Assembly (NCBI GenBank): GCA_028534125.1
Contig: CM052816.1
Span: 26,166,001-26,230,000, forward strand
Origin: Lama glama
Lineage: Eukaryota
DNA: 64,000 nt
Reading direction: 5' to 3'
Below the pieces are notes generated by a model. The model was not told the origin of the DNA, did not search any database, and saw nothing but the letters and a program-made list of their open reading frames with translations. Made by a program: the position numbers and the translations under genes. Shown here one piece after another: positions 12,771 to 25,388 of this stretch. Positions within the stretch are counted from its first letter, which is position 1, and each line of letters opens with the position of its first letter.

Positions 12771-12955
12771 GTAGGACTTTGTTTATCTATTTTATATATA
12801 TTGGCTTGTTTCTGCTAATTCCTAACTCCCAATTTATCCCTCCCCACCCCCGTCCCCCTTTGGTAACCATAAGTTTGTTTCCTATGTCTTTGAGTCTGCT
12901 TCTGTTTTGTAAATAAGTTCATTCGTATCTTTTTTTTTTTTTTTTAAGATTCTAC
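12771..12955 (-). mobile_element. L1 3' UTR fragment (cetartiodactyl type)
   Basis: gtaggactttgtttatctatttt...cctaactcccaatttatccct...ctttggtaaccataagtttgttt...ttgtaaataagttcatt. Confidence 0.85.
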
Positions 12956-15900
12956 TCTCTTTTATCCAGTGCTCATAAAGGACTCAGGTGATGATGGTGG
13001 CGGTGCTGGCAGTGGTATTCTATCAGTACTGGGGCAGCGTCTTCATAAACTCTAGGGAAATTTGCTCCAACTGATAGTGGTTAGCTGGTGACTCTGCCTT
13101 AGGCCTTACTTGCTTACTTGCAATTTTAGGACAGATCCCACTCAAAACCCTATTGTGTTTCCTTTCTGTCCACATGTAAGTGGAAACATGACATAGCTTA
13201 CTTCCTGTGGGTTATGTTTCCCTGTGTACATAAGTCCTCCCTCTTTACCTTCATTGTAAATTCCTTGCAGACAGCACTGTGGAGAGCCTAGTGTAGTCCT
13301 TGAGGGTAGGAAGAAAGAAAATGCTTTGCTGTTTTGCTTCCGTGGCAAGTGGTAATCTCCTGCTGGTTCCTCAACCTTAGGCCACCTTTGTCACCTACTG
13401 AGATCACCAAGGAGAATCCTTCCTTCACACCCAGGAATGTTTAAAACACTGTAACCGGGGGCAAAAGAGAAGGGCTCATTAGTCACATGGAACTTGTTTA
13501 CAAGTAAATTTAACTTGCCCAATAAACCAGGCTGTTTATTACCTAAAAACCACTGGCAGAAACAGCAGCTCAGTTGAACCCAGAACCATGCTTTCTCTTG
13601 TTTTCATCCCACTGTCTGGTGGCCCTGTTTCCTTTACAAGCAGATGCTGCCTGGAAGCGACAATCACTGCGGAGCCGTACCAAGGGGTCCTCCATAGTCC
13701 ACAGATTTCCGAATCAGGAACAGGTGCAGGCCCACCCCCTTCACAGACAAAGATATTTTGTTTGAATGGGCACAACATGGAAGAATGGGATGTATTAATA
13801 GCTAAATAGTGTCTTTATTAACAGGAGAACAGCTGGCAGTTCTCAATGACAGCGCTCATCCCAATCCATTTCGTCCAATTGCAGACCCACAAGCACACTC
13901 CACTGGGGAACGCGGGGACCACACGCAAGCAGCCAGCCATTCAGCAGCACTCTAATTGCTTCGCAGTTGGAAGTGTGTTCTCCTCAGCCCCTGTGATTCT
14001 TTGAGGAGGAATTGTTGGTGCACTAGCCCATCTAGAATCAAGTGCTGCTAATGCGGATAAGCTGCTTGAAGAAACTTCTTTGTTTTACAAGGCCTGGCGA
14101 GGGGTCCTCCCTGGGGTGTGCTCCCCGGTCGTGGCTTGATGATAATTCCCTAGTGTTGGGTATCAGAAGGGAAGCTGATGCAGGGAGTCTCAGCTTCTCT
14201 GTCATCTCCTAGCAAAGTGGTTCCCCTAAAGAGGGAAAAATAAACTCCCGACTCATAAAGATCCTGTTAGACCCTGCTGGAGAACCTGTCTTCAGGGCAT
14301 CCTACTGAGCAGAAGAATAGATTCAGTGAGTCAGTGCAGAGGTAGAAATGCCTGCCACTGCACTTGGAGTCTCTGAGCAGTGGGGGAGCTGTGCTGGGAA
14401 GGATCGGTGTCAGGGTATAATCAGGTTACACAGGTAAGAGGGAGGAGAGAAGGCGTCACAGGGGGAGGAAAAGCACAACTGAGGAAACACATTTAAAACA
14501 AGACCTGGAACATCCTGCCAGACATCAAAAAAAATTGTTATTCTCTCAGTGTATTTATCCAAGGAGCGTCCAGCGAAACATTATTTAAATCATTCACAAT
14601 GTCAAGTAAAGGAGGCTGGGCTACTTTCTTATTCTTTTCTGCCACTGTTTGATTTACTTTGTGTGTTTGTTTCATTTGCGGTTTACCAAGTCTAAGAAAA
14701 TATTGTTTGCAGGGCATTGTATTTCTGCCTTTTTACAGGGTAATTCCTGTTTGGTGAGTTTTCAAAGTATCCTTTGGGGAGAATATTAAAAGGCTCTTGG
14801 CTGCATTTAGCCCAGACAAATATAGGCAGATATGAAATTATAAAATCTTCCTGATTTGCATGGCTTTCTTTGTTCCCTCTCATCATGTGGGGATTAAATG
14901 ACTCAGAGGAATAAGAATTATTGTTGAGGATTTTCCAGTCAGGCCACTGACCCATCTGTGGCTCGCCCCAGTTATTATTGGGACTTCTTGTTTTGTCCTT
15001 GTTAGCATGTAGCTCTAGGTAATACAATTACAGGTGACTACAGTTTTTCTACTCCCATTTTGTTAAATTGCCCCCAAATGGCTTTTGAACAATATATTCT
15101 TTTTTCATCCCTACTGATGGTACTTTCTGAATAAAGAAACACATTTTTGGCCATGGTAGTAGATTCGGATGAAATGGAAATCATTGTTGAAAATAAAATA
15201 GACCCCAGAGAGCGCTGGACAGTGAAAACCACCCTTTCACAAAGCAAGTCACCAAAGCTTTAATGAAAGGCAGCAGAGACCCAGGAGGCCAAGCAACAGA
15301 CTCCAAAAGGAGGTAAAAGGTCATGTCTTTCATACAGAAGCTTTTATGTTGCTTCCATGATGGGTTAAGTTTTCAGAGCAGCATAAATTCCCCACAAGAA
15401 TCCTTAAACTCTCAGCCCTCATGCCAACAAAGTGAAGATGCGCGTGCATCTGTTTGGAAATCTCCCAAATGCATGTGCGAAATGGGCCAGGCAGCCTCTG
15501 ATGCCAGTTGGCGGAGGCCATCACAGCCTCATGCAGAGGACTTCATTTTCAGGGCAAAGGCACCTGCAGACAATACGGGGAAGGGAGGAGGGGGAGGCAA
15601 GGATATTTTTGGCAACCGGATGCCAGGGTCTGTTTCGAGTTGAATAAACAAATCAGACTCCTCTCTACTCAGTGTGGATATTTAAATAGACACTTCTGCC
15701 CAAACATGTCCATTTTTTAAAAAATTGACGTTGTCTGCGTGTAGGACTGTCTTGGTCTCCCTCATCTCCAAACACACACACGTACACTCAGCATTATTTC
15801 GCTGTCTGGTTGAGCTCATAGTCAGGGAAAGATGGCATCTCTGGCCCTTAGGATTCAGGATTTCTTGACCACTTAAATGAACATCTTTCATTTCCTGGGG

Positions 15901-16204
15901 CATGTAAAATTCAGAGAAAATTTCATGCTTACCTCTGCTCAGACAGGCATGGTGAAGGGAGTATCTGACTTCTGGACCTCTTCTGAAGTGCATAGGTGTG
16001 TGATGTTGAGCAAGTTACTTCTTGTAGTTAGTAGTGGCCACCATATTTGGCAAATGTCTCACCTGTGTAATATAAATATTCATTTAGTTTGTCCTATAGA
16101 AATAGGGAAGATGTGCCTTTTAAAATATCTGTTTAACCCTTTCAATGTTTCAGTAACTTTTACAATTGTCTTATGAGATAGAACATAGATATTCTATGTC
16201 AGTC

Positions 16205-16872
16205 TGTTGTCTAACCCAAGTTCAGTGTCTGATGCACAGTGAGGCCAAACAAACCAAAGTGTTGGAGTTTGGAGCAGAGAAAGGTTTATTGCAAGGTCCA
16301 TGCATGGAGAATGCAGAGGCTCATGCTCAAAAGACCAGAACTCCTGATCAGCCTCAGGGAAGCATTTTTAAAGGCAAAGTGAGGGAGGGGAGTCACTGTA
16401 TGTGTGATCAACTTGTGCACGATTCTCTGGTTGGATGATGGTGAGGTAACAGGTGGTGTTACAGCGGTTAACATTATCAATCCTCAGGCTCCAGTGGGCC
16501 TGGGGGCTCAGTGCTCATAGTCATCAAATAGTTAATTTCTTCCATTTGGTGGGAGGGGCGGTTTAACATTTGTAAAACAATTCAGAAAATGTGTATCAGA
16601 TACTGTTATCTTATGTACTTCAGGGAAGAACTAAAGATTCTGTGACTGCTGTATGGCTGATTTACTGTTTAAATTCTTATCATTTCTCCTGGCCCAACTG
16701 CTATTTTTGTCATTCCGTGTTCACATCTTTTGAGTCATTAATTCTTGAGTCTGGCTTTTGTGACTCAGGAGAGGCCTGGGAGACTACAGCTTTTCTACAA
16801 ACAAGAGGCAGGCAGAGGACATGGAGGGAGGGGTCTGTTCTGGGAAGGCCCATGGGGTCCTGCTTGGTTACA
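16205..16872 (-). mobile_element. ERV1-type solo LTR
   Basis: TG...CA termini (tgttgtc...ggttaca), ~670 bp, minus-strand AATAAA (ggtttattgc). Confidence 0.85.
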
Positions 16873-17007
16873 GTTCTACATATGAAATACTAATGGCTTA
16901 AAAGATGCACACTAGTGCATGGCACCAGAAGCCTCCCACCAAGCCGGGCTTTCCCTTCATCACTGATTTTTAGGGGAAGCAAGAGTTCAAAGGGAGACAA
17001 TAAGTAA

Positions 17008-17223
17008 ATTAATAGATACACACTACTTTGTGTAAGATGGGTAAACAAGAAGACCCAAATGTATAGCACAGGGAACTATATGCAATATCTTGTGATACGT
17101 ATAATAGAAAATAATCTGAAAAAGAACACATATATGTATAACTGAATCACTTTGTTCTGTACCTGAAACTAATAAAACTTTGTCAATCAACTACACTTCG
17201 ATAAAAAATAAATTTAAAAAAAA
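17008..17223 (+). mobile_element. L1 3' end with A-rich tail
   Basis: atagatacacactact...gtatagcacagggaactatat...taactgaatcacttt...acctgaaactaa...caactacacttcgataaaaaataaa. Confidence 0.88.
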
Positions 17224-18059
17224 TTGCTACTAGAAGGACCAAAAGCCCTGTGTCCCATCAGGATTTCCAGAAACGGAGATGACAGTTGTCATTGTTTGGA
17301 TTTTGTACCACTTCGCCTGTATACCTAGTGAGACTCTGGCCAAGTTTCAGATCTTTTCTTCATGGGGATTTAATGGTCTTACCTAACCTTTCTCCTAGGG
17401 TGCATTCTGTGTAGATATGTGCCCTAGTTTCTTCATCTGTAAACCTGGGGCCCTGGTCCCCAGTTTCTTTGTCCACATAAAGGATACAGATGACACAGAT
17501 AAGGGAAGCCCTACCACTCGGAGCCTGTTCTGCTCCCCACGCCAACCACAGGACGTTCTAACCAATGCTGGCCGAGTCGGGTCCTGCTTTGGCTCTGAGA
17601 AGGGATAGAAAGTGCCATCTGGGACGAGTGACTGCCCTTCCCCATGTGCCAGACTTGCCGGGAGGCACCGACCATGTATGCCCGAGGACACGGGCTCCTC
17701 CCTCCTTTGTGCCACCCTGTGGGGTCTCCGGCCCACAGACTGGTTGCTCAGCCAGAGGTCCTGCCCCCAGGGCAAGGAGGACGAGGGGCCCGGAACCCTG
17801 ATGGCAGGGAGGCTACAGGGGAGCTTATTCCTTGGTGAATACTTTTGTGATTCTTTTCAACTCTCTGGTGATTTGGTCTGGTCTTCAGTATGTGGACTCT
17901 GGTGTCTCAGAGTCTGACCCAGTAACTAGCTACTTTTATTGAGTGACTCCAGGGCTAATGTTGACATTGTCTGGTGTGCTGCGTGCCAGCATTTCCTCAG
18001 GGACCGCTGAGGCATCGTCAAACTCTTACCACCAGGCTTATTCAGCTTCTGACAGCTTA

Positions 18060-18425
18060 TATAATTTTAATTGAGGTATATAATTGACAGCACTATATTA
18101 ATTTCAGGTGTACAACGTAATGATTCTATGTTTGTGTATATTGAAAAATGATCACCACAGTAAGTCTCATTAACATCTTTCCTGTACAAGTTACAAATTT
18201 TTTTTCTTGTCATTAGGACTTTTAAGATCTATTCTCTTAATAACCGTCAAATTTGTAGTACAGTATTATTAACTTTAGTCACCATGGTGCACATTACATC
18301 CCCATGACATTTGTTTTCTAACTGGAAGTTTCTGCCTTTTGATCCTCTTCACCCATTTTGCCTACCTCCACCCCTCTCAGCTGGCAACCAGCAATCTGTT
18401 CTCTGTATCTATGAACTTGGGTTGT
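18060..18425 (-). mobile_element. L1 (L1MA-like) 3' end
   Basis: ttaattgaggtatataattgac...tcaggtgtacaac...aagatctattctctta...ctggcaaccagcaatctgttctctgtatctatga. Confidence 0.85.
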
Positions 18426-18429
18426 TCTG

Positions 18430-18700
18430 AAAGTGAATTTTTAATATTAACAGATGAACTGGCTAAACAAATTATGTTGCCTCTATCCAATAGAATACCA
18501 GCGGCCCATTAGAAAGGATGATGTAGTGCTATATTTATTGACCTGGAAAGATGCTTAAGACACAGTAACAAGTGTAAAATTATCCCACTTTTGTAAGGTT
18601 GCAGATGGTTCTCTTTCTATATATTTATATATGTAGACAGATGTCTAGAAGGTTGTTTATAATTTAACTCTGGTCATCTCTGGGTGGTAGATTTTGATAT
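18430..18700 (+). mobile_element. Old L1 (L1ME-like) fragment
   Basis: tggctaaacaaattatg...tagaatacc...tatttattgacctggaaagatg...tggtcatctctgggtggtagatt. Confidence 0.55.
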
Positions 18701-18707
18701 GACCTAC

Positions 18708-18860
18708 AAAATTGTTACTGTGTGAGGTGATATATGTGTTAACTAACTTTTTTGTGGTAATCATTTTGCAGTATACACATATATCAAATCGTTACATTGT
18801 ACACTTTAAACTCACACAATGTCACATGTCAGTTATATCTCAATGAAGCTAGAAAAATAT
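18708..18860 (+). mobile_element. L1 (L1MA-like) 3' terminus
   Basis: tgtgaggtgatatatgtgttaactaac...gtggtaatcattttgcag...ttatatctcaatgaagctagaaaaa. Confidence 0.8.
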
Positions 18861-20067
18861 TTTTTTCCTAATAGTTATGGGCATGTGTGTGTGTTTGTAT
18901 AATTTTAAAATGTCTTGAAGTGAAAAAGTCTTATTTTTAGTAGCAGGAGAAGTAAAGCTAACTTCATTTTGATAAAAGATGTCTACTGGTTTTCTTTATT
19001 GAGCAGCTTTGAAATTCCACCTTCTTCGGCAATAACAGAAAACAGTTACAAAGTATATACTTGTGATGGAGGCATTTTTAGACACCAAGCAAAGAGTCAT
19101 TTAGATAAAGCTTAACTCTGCCCTTCTGTAGCAAAATCAAGCAGGGACATAAAAGACATCCTGACAACCAAATAAGAATGAAACTCATGTATTCAACAAA
19201 CATGAAAAGTCAGTGTTCCTTACTCTCTTGACTATTTCATTTGAAGGTCTATGAAGACACCAATCAGAACCAATTTACATGGACAGGATCTGAGGATGAA
19301 ATTGTGAGTTGTTGCCACAGGGATCTGAGAGTTCCAAAGGTAGGCAAGACCTGTGAGTTCATTTAATTCAACTGTCCACCTAGTAAATGATTTCCTTTCT
19401 GCCTGTAGCTTGTGTATCTAGTGAGAAGTGAGTAGATTTCTAATCATTTACAGTCTGCCAGAGCTCTCAAGAGAAAAGAACAGACTTCTTAATCTCCCTG
19501 AGAATATGTTCAGAAAGCAGTTACTGGCTTTGCCATTCTTCGGTGACTTCTCATAGCTGTGTAGTCAGGAACAGTGGTGGGGTGGTGGGAAGCAGGGAGA
19601 AGAGGGTCCTCGAAAGTTCTAAGAGCATCAGTTGAGTGAGAAGTATGATGTGACTGTGGGATGCAATGCCTTTGCCTGTGGCTAAGAATACATAAACGAT
19701 GTTAGAATTAGGGAGAGAGGGAAAGCCAGTTAGGAGAGGAGGAGAAGTATTTGTGGAACAAAGAGAGACACACAAAGGTAAACAGTCCATCTAGAAGTTG
19801 GAATGACAGTGTAGAGGAGAAGAGGGAGTAGAGGGAACATCAGATAGAGAAGAGAAACTCGGCTGACTTTTAAAAGACCAGCACTGTGATGCTTAAACAG
19901 CAACACACTGATTTTCTTTGACAACTTAAGTTCAGGATCCATAAATCCAAAAGGATGTTATCTTCCATCTTCATATAACATGTTCACTTACTACTTGGAC
20001 AGCAAGATCTTTTTCATCTTGTCCAGAGATTTAATTGTCCTGAAGGAAAAACAGAACCAAAATAGGG

Positions 20068-20240
20068 ATCTTAATCAGGACTCCTGGAGTCTGTGCATAG
20101 AATTCAGAGGTCCATAAACTAGGATGGGGGGAAAAACATTTTTTCCACTCTGCTGTAACTTAAGTGGATGTTACGTTCAATTAGGAATGTAGGCAGAACC
20201 TCACCATAGTATTAGGAGCACCTGTGGCTTTGTCACCAAC
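20068..20240. mobile_element. hAT-Charlie (Charlie2-like) fragment
   Basis: gcatagaattcagaggtccataaact...ggaatgtaggca...tagtattagg...cctgtggctttgtcaccaa. Confidence 0.55.
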
Positions 20241-20340
20241 GGACCCCCCAACTTAGACACAGGAAGAACATTCTGTATACAACCACACACTTGCTCTGAG
20301 GGCTCGTGAGCCCACCCCTGTCCAAGGACACTCTTGTTTC

Positions 20341-20548
20341 TGTTTTTTTTCGTGGTTGTTGTTTTTTTCATTGAAGTACAGTTGATTTACAATGTTGTGT
20401 TAGTTTCTGGTGCACAGCAACATGGATGGACCTAGAGATGATCATACTAAGTGAAGTAAGTCAGACAGAGAAAGAGATCATACGATAACACTTACATGTG
20501 GAATCTAAAAAAAACCCAAACGAACTTATTTACAAAACAGAAACAGAC
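20341..20548. mobile_element. L1 with 5' inversion: minus-strand 3' end joined to a plus-strand ORF2-end/3' UTR piece
   Basis: ttttcattgaagtacagttgatttacaatg...tgcacagcaa|catggatggacctagag...acagaaacagac. Confidence 0.85.
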
Positions 20549-21875
20549 GCTGAGGATGCGCCTAAAACTGCCGGCATTTATTCTTTGAGGTGATTGAGGC
20601 AAGCACCCCACAGCCTGGGGCCTGAATCCTGCAAGGATTGCAGGTGTGTAGGAAGCGAGGGATCCCACTCTCCCTGCCAAAGGGTTGTCTTCCCTAGTTT
20701 TATGAATAAATTTTGGTGATAACCCAAATTGATGAGATTCCTCTGGAAAATTAAAATATATTCAAATCAAATATGCTTATAATTATGCTTGTAAAGGAAC
20801 TAGATGTATAGAAATGACACTTAGGATATCTACTTTGGTGAGAGATGACTTAAACTGTTCACCAAGTGGGCAGACATTCACTTCAGTGCTCATGGTCTCA
20901 GTGCTCCCTGGTTTTCAGTGGGTGTAATGATCCCAAACCCACTGGAAATCAGGAAAGCTTTAAGCATGAAGGTGCAAACACTCGTTGGCTTAAAGCAATT
21001 GTATTTTGCCCACATTGTCTGCACCATCTTGTGCATGTAACACTCTTGGAACTATTCTGTCCAAATGGACAGACGGCAATGAAGGGGAAAAAAAAAACAA
21101 CACAGGAAAGCTTTAGAGCTATGATGTTTGCATGTTTCCAACAAAGGACGCACCTACCCAGCTCTGCCGCTTTGAAGCAGTGACAGCGTAGAGTTTATAG
21201 CAGATGGTTCTGCCACGTCAGGCCCACAGCTGTGTGTTTCTGGCACAGAAACAATGTTTGAATTCCGTACAGAAATTTTGTGAGATATGTTTCTTGTTGC
21301 CTTTTCATGAATTTTATTTGGTAATTTTTTTCAACCATAAAGAGTCTGGAGACCAGATTGAGAAAAGGCTGGCAAGGGAAAGCTATTTGCTAGCTCACCA
21401 GATTTCTTTAAAGAGGATCAATCACATCTAATTCCTGGCAGAGGGGCAGCCCATTGGCATCCACTGTGCAGCCCAGTGAACTCAGAGCTTGAACTGCGGC
21501 CACTCAGTGTTTCCTTTCCTGCTCTCTCACATTTAAAATTCTTCCCGAGGCAGGCAGGAAAGAGCATCTCTGTAGGAACCAAATAGGAGGTTAGAACTTG
21601 TAAATGTCTAGAAAATTGACTCTCTGAGTGTATCCAACACATATCAGTTCAAAGTGAGGAGGGGGAAAGGTAGAAAGTATTCACAAAATTTTGAGCTCAC
21701 AAAGTACCACTGTTGCCTGATTTTGTAGAGGGGGTACCAGGTCAATTCTGGGTCCACCATGAAGAACTTCTGCCATCTTTATTCTAGAGCACTCAGGATA
21801 AAATTATAGGACAGTTTCTATGTTCCCTGTACCCTGACTCCCTACAGGGAAGCTTTAACTTTCCACATGGGAGGG

Positions 21876-21908
21876 GTGTGTGTGTGTGTGTCTATGTCTA
21901 TGTATGTG
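21876..21908 (+). repeat. (TG)n imperfect microsatellite
   Basis: gtgtgtgtgtgtgtgtctatgtctatgtatgtg. Confidence 0.8.
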
Positions 21909-23167
21909 ACCGACCCCAGTTTCATTTCAGCTGGGGAATTACTGACTTTCCCAAGCTAACCCAGCAAGTCAGAGTAAACCAGACACAAGACACAGGCCTC
22001 CCTAATTCCAACCACATGTATAATTCAGCAGGACCCACTGATGTATTTAAAGAATACTGAACTGACCACTTTCTTTCAAGCAGAGATGTAAATGCGGTCT
22101 GGGTTTTAAAACTTTTTTTTTTTTTTAAAGAAAATGCACACTGTCCCTCTGGAAACCCTGTCATTTCCTCTGATTCCCTGAATCCGAAACTTGGTGTCTG
22201 AAATAAATTTAAGGTGGTTTCCACTATGTTGTAGAAAGGCCTCAGAGACTGCTACTGTTATCAGAGAGCAGGGGCCGGTGCCATTCAGGGCACTATTCAG
22301 TAGTGTGTCGGTCTATCTGCAGCTGGCAGCCAGCCCTCACTCCGGGCAGTTCATAGGAGCCGTTCCTCTGACTGACTGTCGCCTGTAACCCCGTCAGAGC
22401 TCCGGCAGCTGTGCACGGGGCAGATTCTGCTGCCTCACATTTGATGGATAAACCAGAAGAATCTGGCAGGGAGATCCATATTAATGGCTATGGCCAGCTT
22501 TCCCTTTCATGATTTCCTTGCTTTTTCATTTTGTTGGAGATTGAATTTGAAAGTGAACTTTGTTCCACACTGTAGCCTATGGCAGTGGGCAAATGAGATG
22601 AAACAACACAGAGCGAGAGCATGTCTACTGCACGCCCCAAAAGCAGATGTATGAAAAATGGAAATGACAAAGGTGGTTGGGTTGCTTTTTATAGAAACTG
22701 AGCTTCCACCGAAGAGTCTTTGAGGGAGGACTGTGTTGAGGAGAATGTGCTGGAGCTTTAGCAATCTCACATGACTGGTTTTCCTGGGGAAAAAATGAAA
22801 GCAGGCTCTAAAGTACCCAAGCAGACATGAAGAGCGAGGAAAGAAAAACTATGTCAGCAGTCATGACTCACATGCCCACACTGCATTCATTTCCTGGGTG
22901 CGATGTTTTCATGGGAATCCGCAGGCTTTGCAGACCTGATGTTAGAAAAGAAATCCAGGATGGGTAGTGATAACCATCTGAACGAGACAACACCATCTCC
23001 AAAAAACAGAAGTCACCCCATCCATCCTCTTCCCCATCCCATTCCACCCAGATTCCACCACCAGGGAGGCAACTTTGGGAGCAGGGGTGGGCAGGGTACA
23101 TTTTGTTTGTAATGACATTCAGTAAAAAATCTTCCCGTCCTTCTCATGATCATGACCTGCTACTTCC

Positions 23168-23790
23168 TTTCAGATATTTTTTCCATTCTGTGACTTACCG
23201 TCTTATTCTCTTGACATTGTCTTTCACAGAGCAGAAATTTTAAATTTCAGTCAAATCTAGCTTATCAGTTATTTGTTTCAGGGATCATGCCTTTGATGTT
23301 GTCTCTAAAAAGTCATCCCCATACCCAAAGTCATCTAGGTTTTCTATGGTATCTTCTAACAGTTTTATAATTTTGTATTTTACAATTAGGTCTGTGATCC
23401 ATTTTGAGTTCATTTTTGTGACAGATGTGAGATCTCTATTTAGGCCCACTTTTAAAAAAATGTAGATGTCCAGTTTTCCCAGCACCATTTGTTAAAAGGG
23501 CTGTCTTTTCTTCATTGTGTTGCCTTTGCTCCTTTGTTAAAAATCAGTAAACTGTATTTATGTGGGTCTATTTCTGGGAGCTCTGTTCTGTTCCATTGAT
23601 TAGTTTGTTGTTTTGCCAGTACCACAATGTCTTGATTACTGTAGCTTTACAGTATGTCTTGTCGCTGGATACTGTCAGTCTTCCAACTCTGTTCTTCTTC
23701 CATATTGTGTTGGCTTTTCTGGGTCATTTGCCTTCCGTATAAGCTTTGGAATCAATTTGTCCATAATCACAAAGTAACTTATTGGAACAT
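23168..23790 (-). mobile_element. Old L1 ORF2 C-terminal remnant (disrupted)
   Basis: ORF 23285-23488(-) TKMNSKWITDLIVKYKIIKLLEDTIENLDDFGYGDDFLETTSKA matches the L1 ORF2 C-terminal motif (KINSKWIKDL...KLLEEN...LGxGxDF); frames are broken. Confidence 0.9.
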
Positions 23791-23896
23791 TCTTGCTCCT
23801 TTTTTAACCTGAAATTTCTCACAACATACTTTAGAAAATTTTGAAATAAATTCTAGTGTCCAGCTTCGCTACCAAGGGTTCTGCCATAATTAGTAC

Positions 23897-23951
23897 TGTT
23901 TAAAGATTCCCACAGGGATTCTAATATATCACCAGGCTTGAGAACCACTGC
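23897..23951. mobile_element. MER5-like fragment
   Basis: tttaaagattcccacagggattctaat...ccaggcttgagaaccactg. Confidence 0.55.
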
Positions 23952-24264
23952 ATTTGTCTTCATCAGTTTCTGAAGAACTGCAGTGCCAATACATTTCCTT
24001 AAAATTTGTTTGGAAAGGCATGGCTTTGATAGAATGTTCTCAGGAGGTGTGCCTTCTGTTTACCTGCATCGCTACACAGCTTCTAGATCTTTCTTATTTC
24101 CTGTGGCTTTCACTCTACAGCCAGGTGGCTGGCCTGCGTAAGACAAATCTTGGACCAGGAAAATTTTTTCTTTTGATATAGAGTCCACATCATCCCCTTT
24201 TACCTTTAACAACAGTTTTTAAAGGAAAAAATTTGTAAGTTTTTAATAAATTTAATTATTTAAA

Positions 24265-24713
24265 AAATATTTTTAAACATTGACATGTAGTTGATTTACA
24301 ATGTTAGTTTTGGGTATACAGCAAAGTGATTCAGTTATATATATATACATACATACATATATTTTTTCTTTTCAGATTCTTTTCCATTATGTGTTATTAC
24401 AAGAAATTGAATACAGTTCCTTGTGCTGTATATCTGTATCTATTTATATATCCTTTCTTATTTATCTTATTTATATATAATAATGTGTATCTGTTCATCC
24501 TAGACTTCTAATTTATCCCTCTCCTGCCTCCCTTTCCCCTTTGGTAACCATAGTTTGTTTTCTTTGTCTGCGAGTCTGTTTTTGGTTTGTAAATAGATTT
24601 TTTTTTGGTTCCATATACAAGTGATATCATATATTTGTCTTTGTCTGACACTTCACTTAATATGATAATCTCTAGGTCCATCCATGTCCATGTTACTAAA
24701 AATGGCATTATTT
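24265..24713 (-). mobile_element. L1 3' end (cetartiodactyl type)
   Basis: tagttgatttacaatgttagttt...tacagcaaagtgattcag...ttggtaaccatag...ctctaggtccatccatg; ORF 24508-24708 TWMDLEIIILSEVS is the L1 ORF2 terminus. Confidence 0.9.
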
Positions 24714-24814
24714 GAAAAATTCTTATAGAAAACTTCAGTTATGGCCTGATTTCAGCATTTAAGTCATTTACTAGATATGAAATACTGATAACATCTGTGC
24801 TCAGAACCCTGGCC

Positions 24815-25050
24815 ATGTCCCTCTTTCCGTTGCTCCCGCCCTGCGGCCCCTTCTCCCTTCCTCTTCCCCTACTTCCCTCTAGTCTCTTCTTTCTGTCACT
24901 CCTCTTTCTTCTTCTTATCCTTCCCTTCTTTGTCATTCTGTCCTCTCTCTTTTAGGTTCTGCTTTTGCACCCTTCCTTAGATTCCCTTTCTTATCTGCTT
25001 CACTGCTATCATTTTCCCACTTTTCCCTAATCTTCATTTCTTGCCCCAAG
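24815..25050 (+). repeat. Pyrimidine-rich low-complexity tract
   Basis: Long C/T-dominated run (ttctcccttcctcttccccta...). Confidence 0.75.
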
Positions 25051-25189
25051 ATCCTGTTTCCAGTGAGGCTTTGAGAAGGCAGTTGAAATTGCCGATTTAC
25101 TCTAAGCGATTTACTCTAAGCGGGAGAGGAGGGCAGACTTGAGTGCATTAAACCCCGAATAATCAGAGTCTGATGTAATCACAGCTAGA

Positions 25190-25388
25190 GGCCATGTCTG
25201 GAGTGTGAACACTGGAGTCAGCCACCTACCCATGATGTGACCTTGGAAAGTTGTTCAGACACTTTGTGCCTCAGTTTCCTCATTAGTAAAACAGGGATCT
25301 GGTAGCAGCTGCCACATTAGGCTTGTTGTATTGGTTTAGTTCTTCTGCTCTTGGCACACAATAAGTGCTCATTAAATGTTAGCTATGC
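25190..25388 (+). mobile_element. MIR SINE
   Basis: tgtgaccttggaaagtt...tgtgcctcagtttcctcattagtaaaacaggga...tggcacacaataagtgctcattaaatgttagcta. Confidence 0.85.

Noticed and set aside
15437..15450. Near-palindrome gatgcgcgtgcatc (NRF1-like)
   Set aside because: Incomplete match and no CpG-island context.
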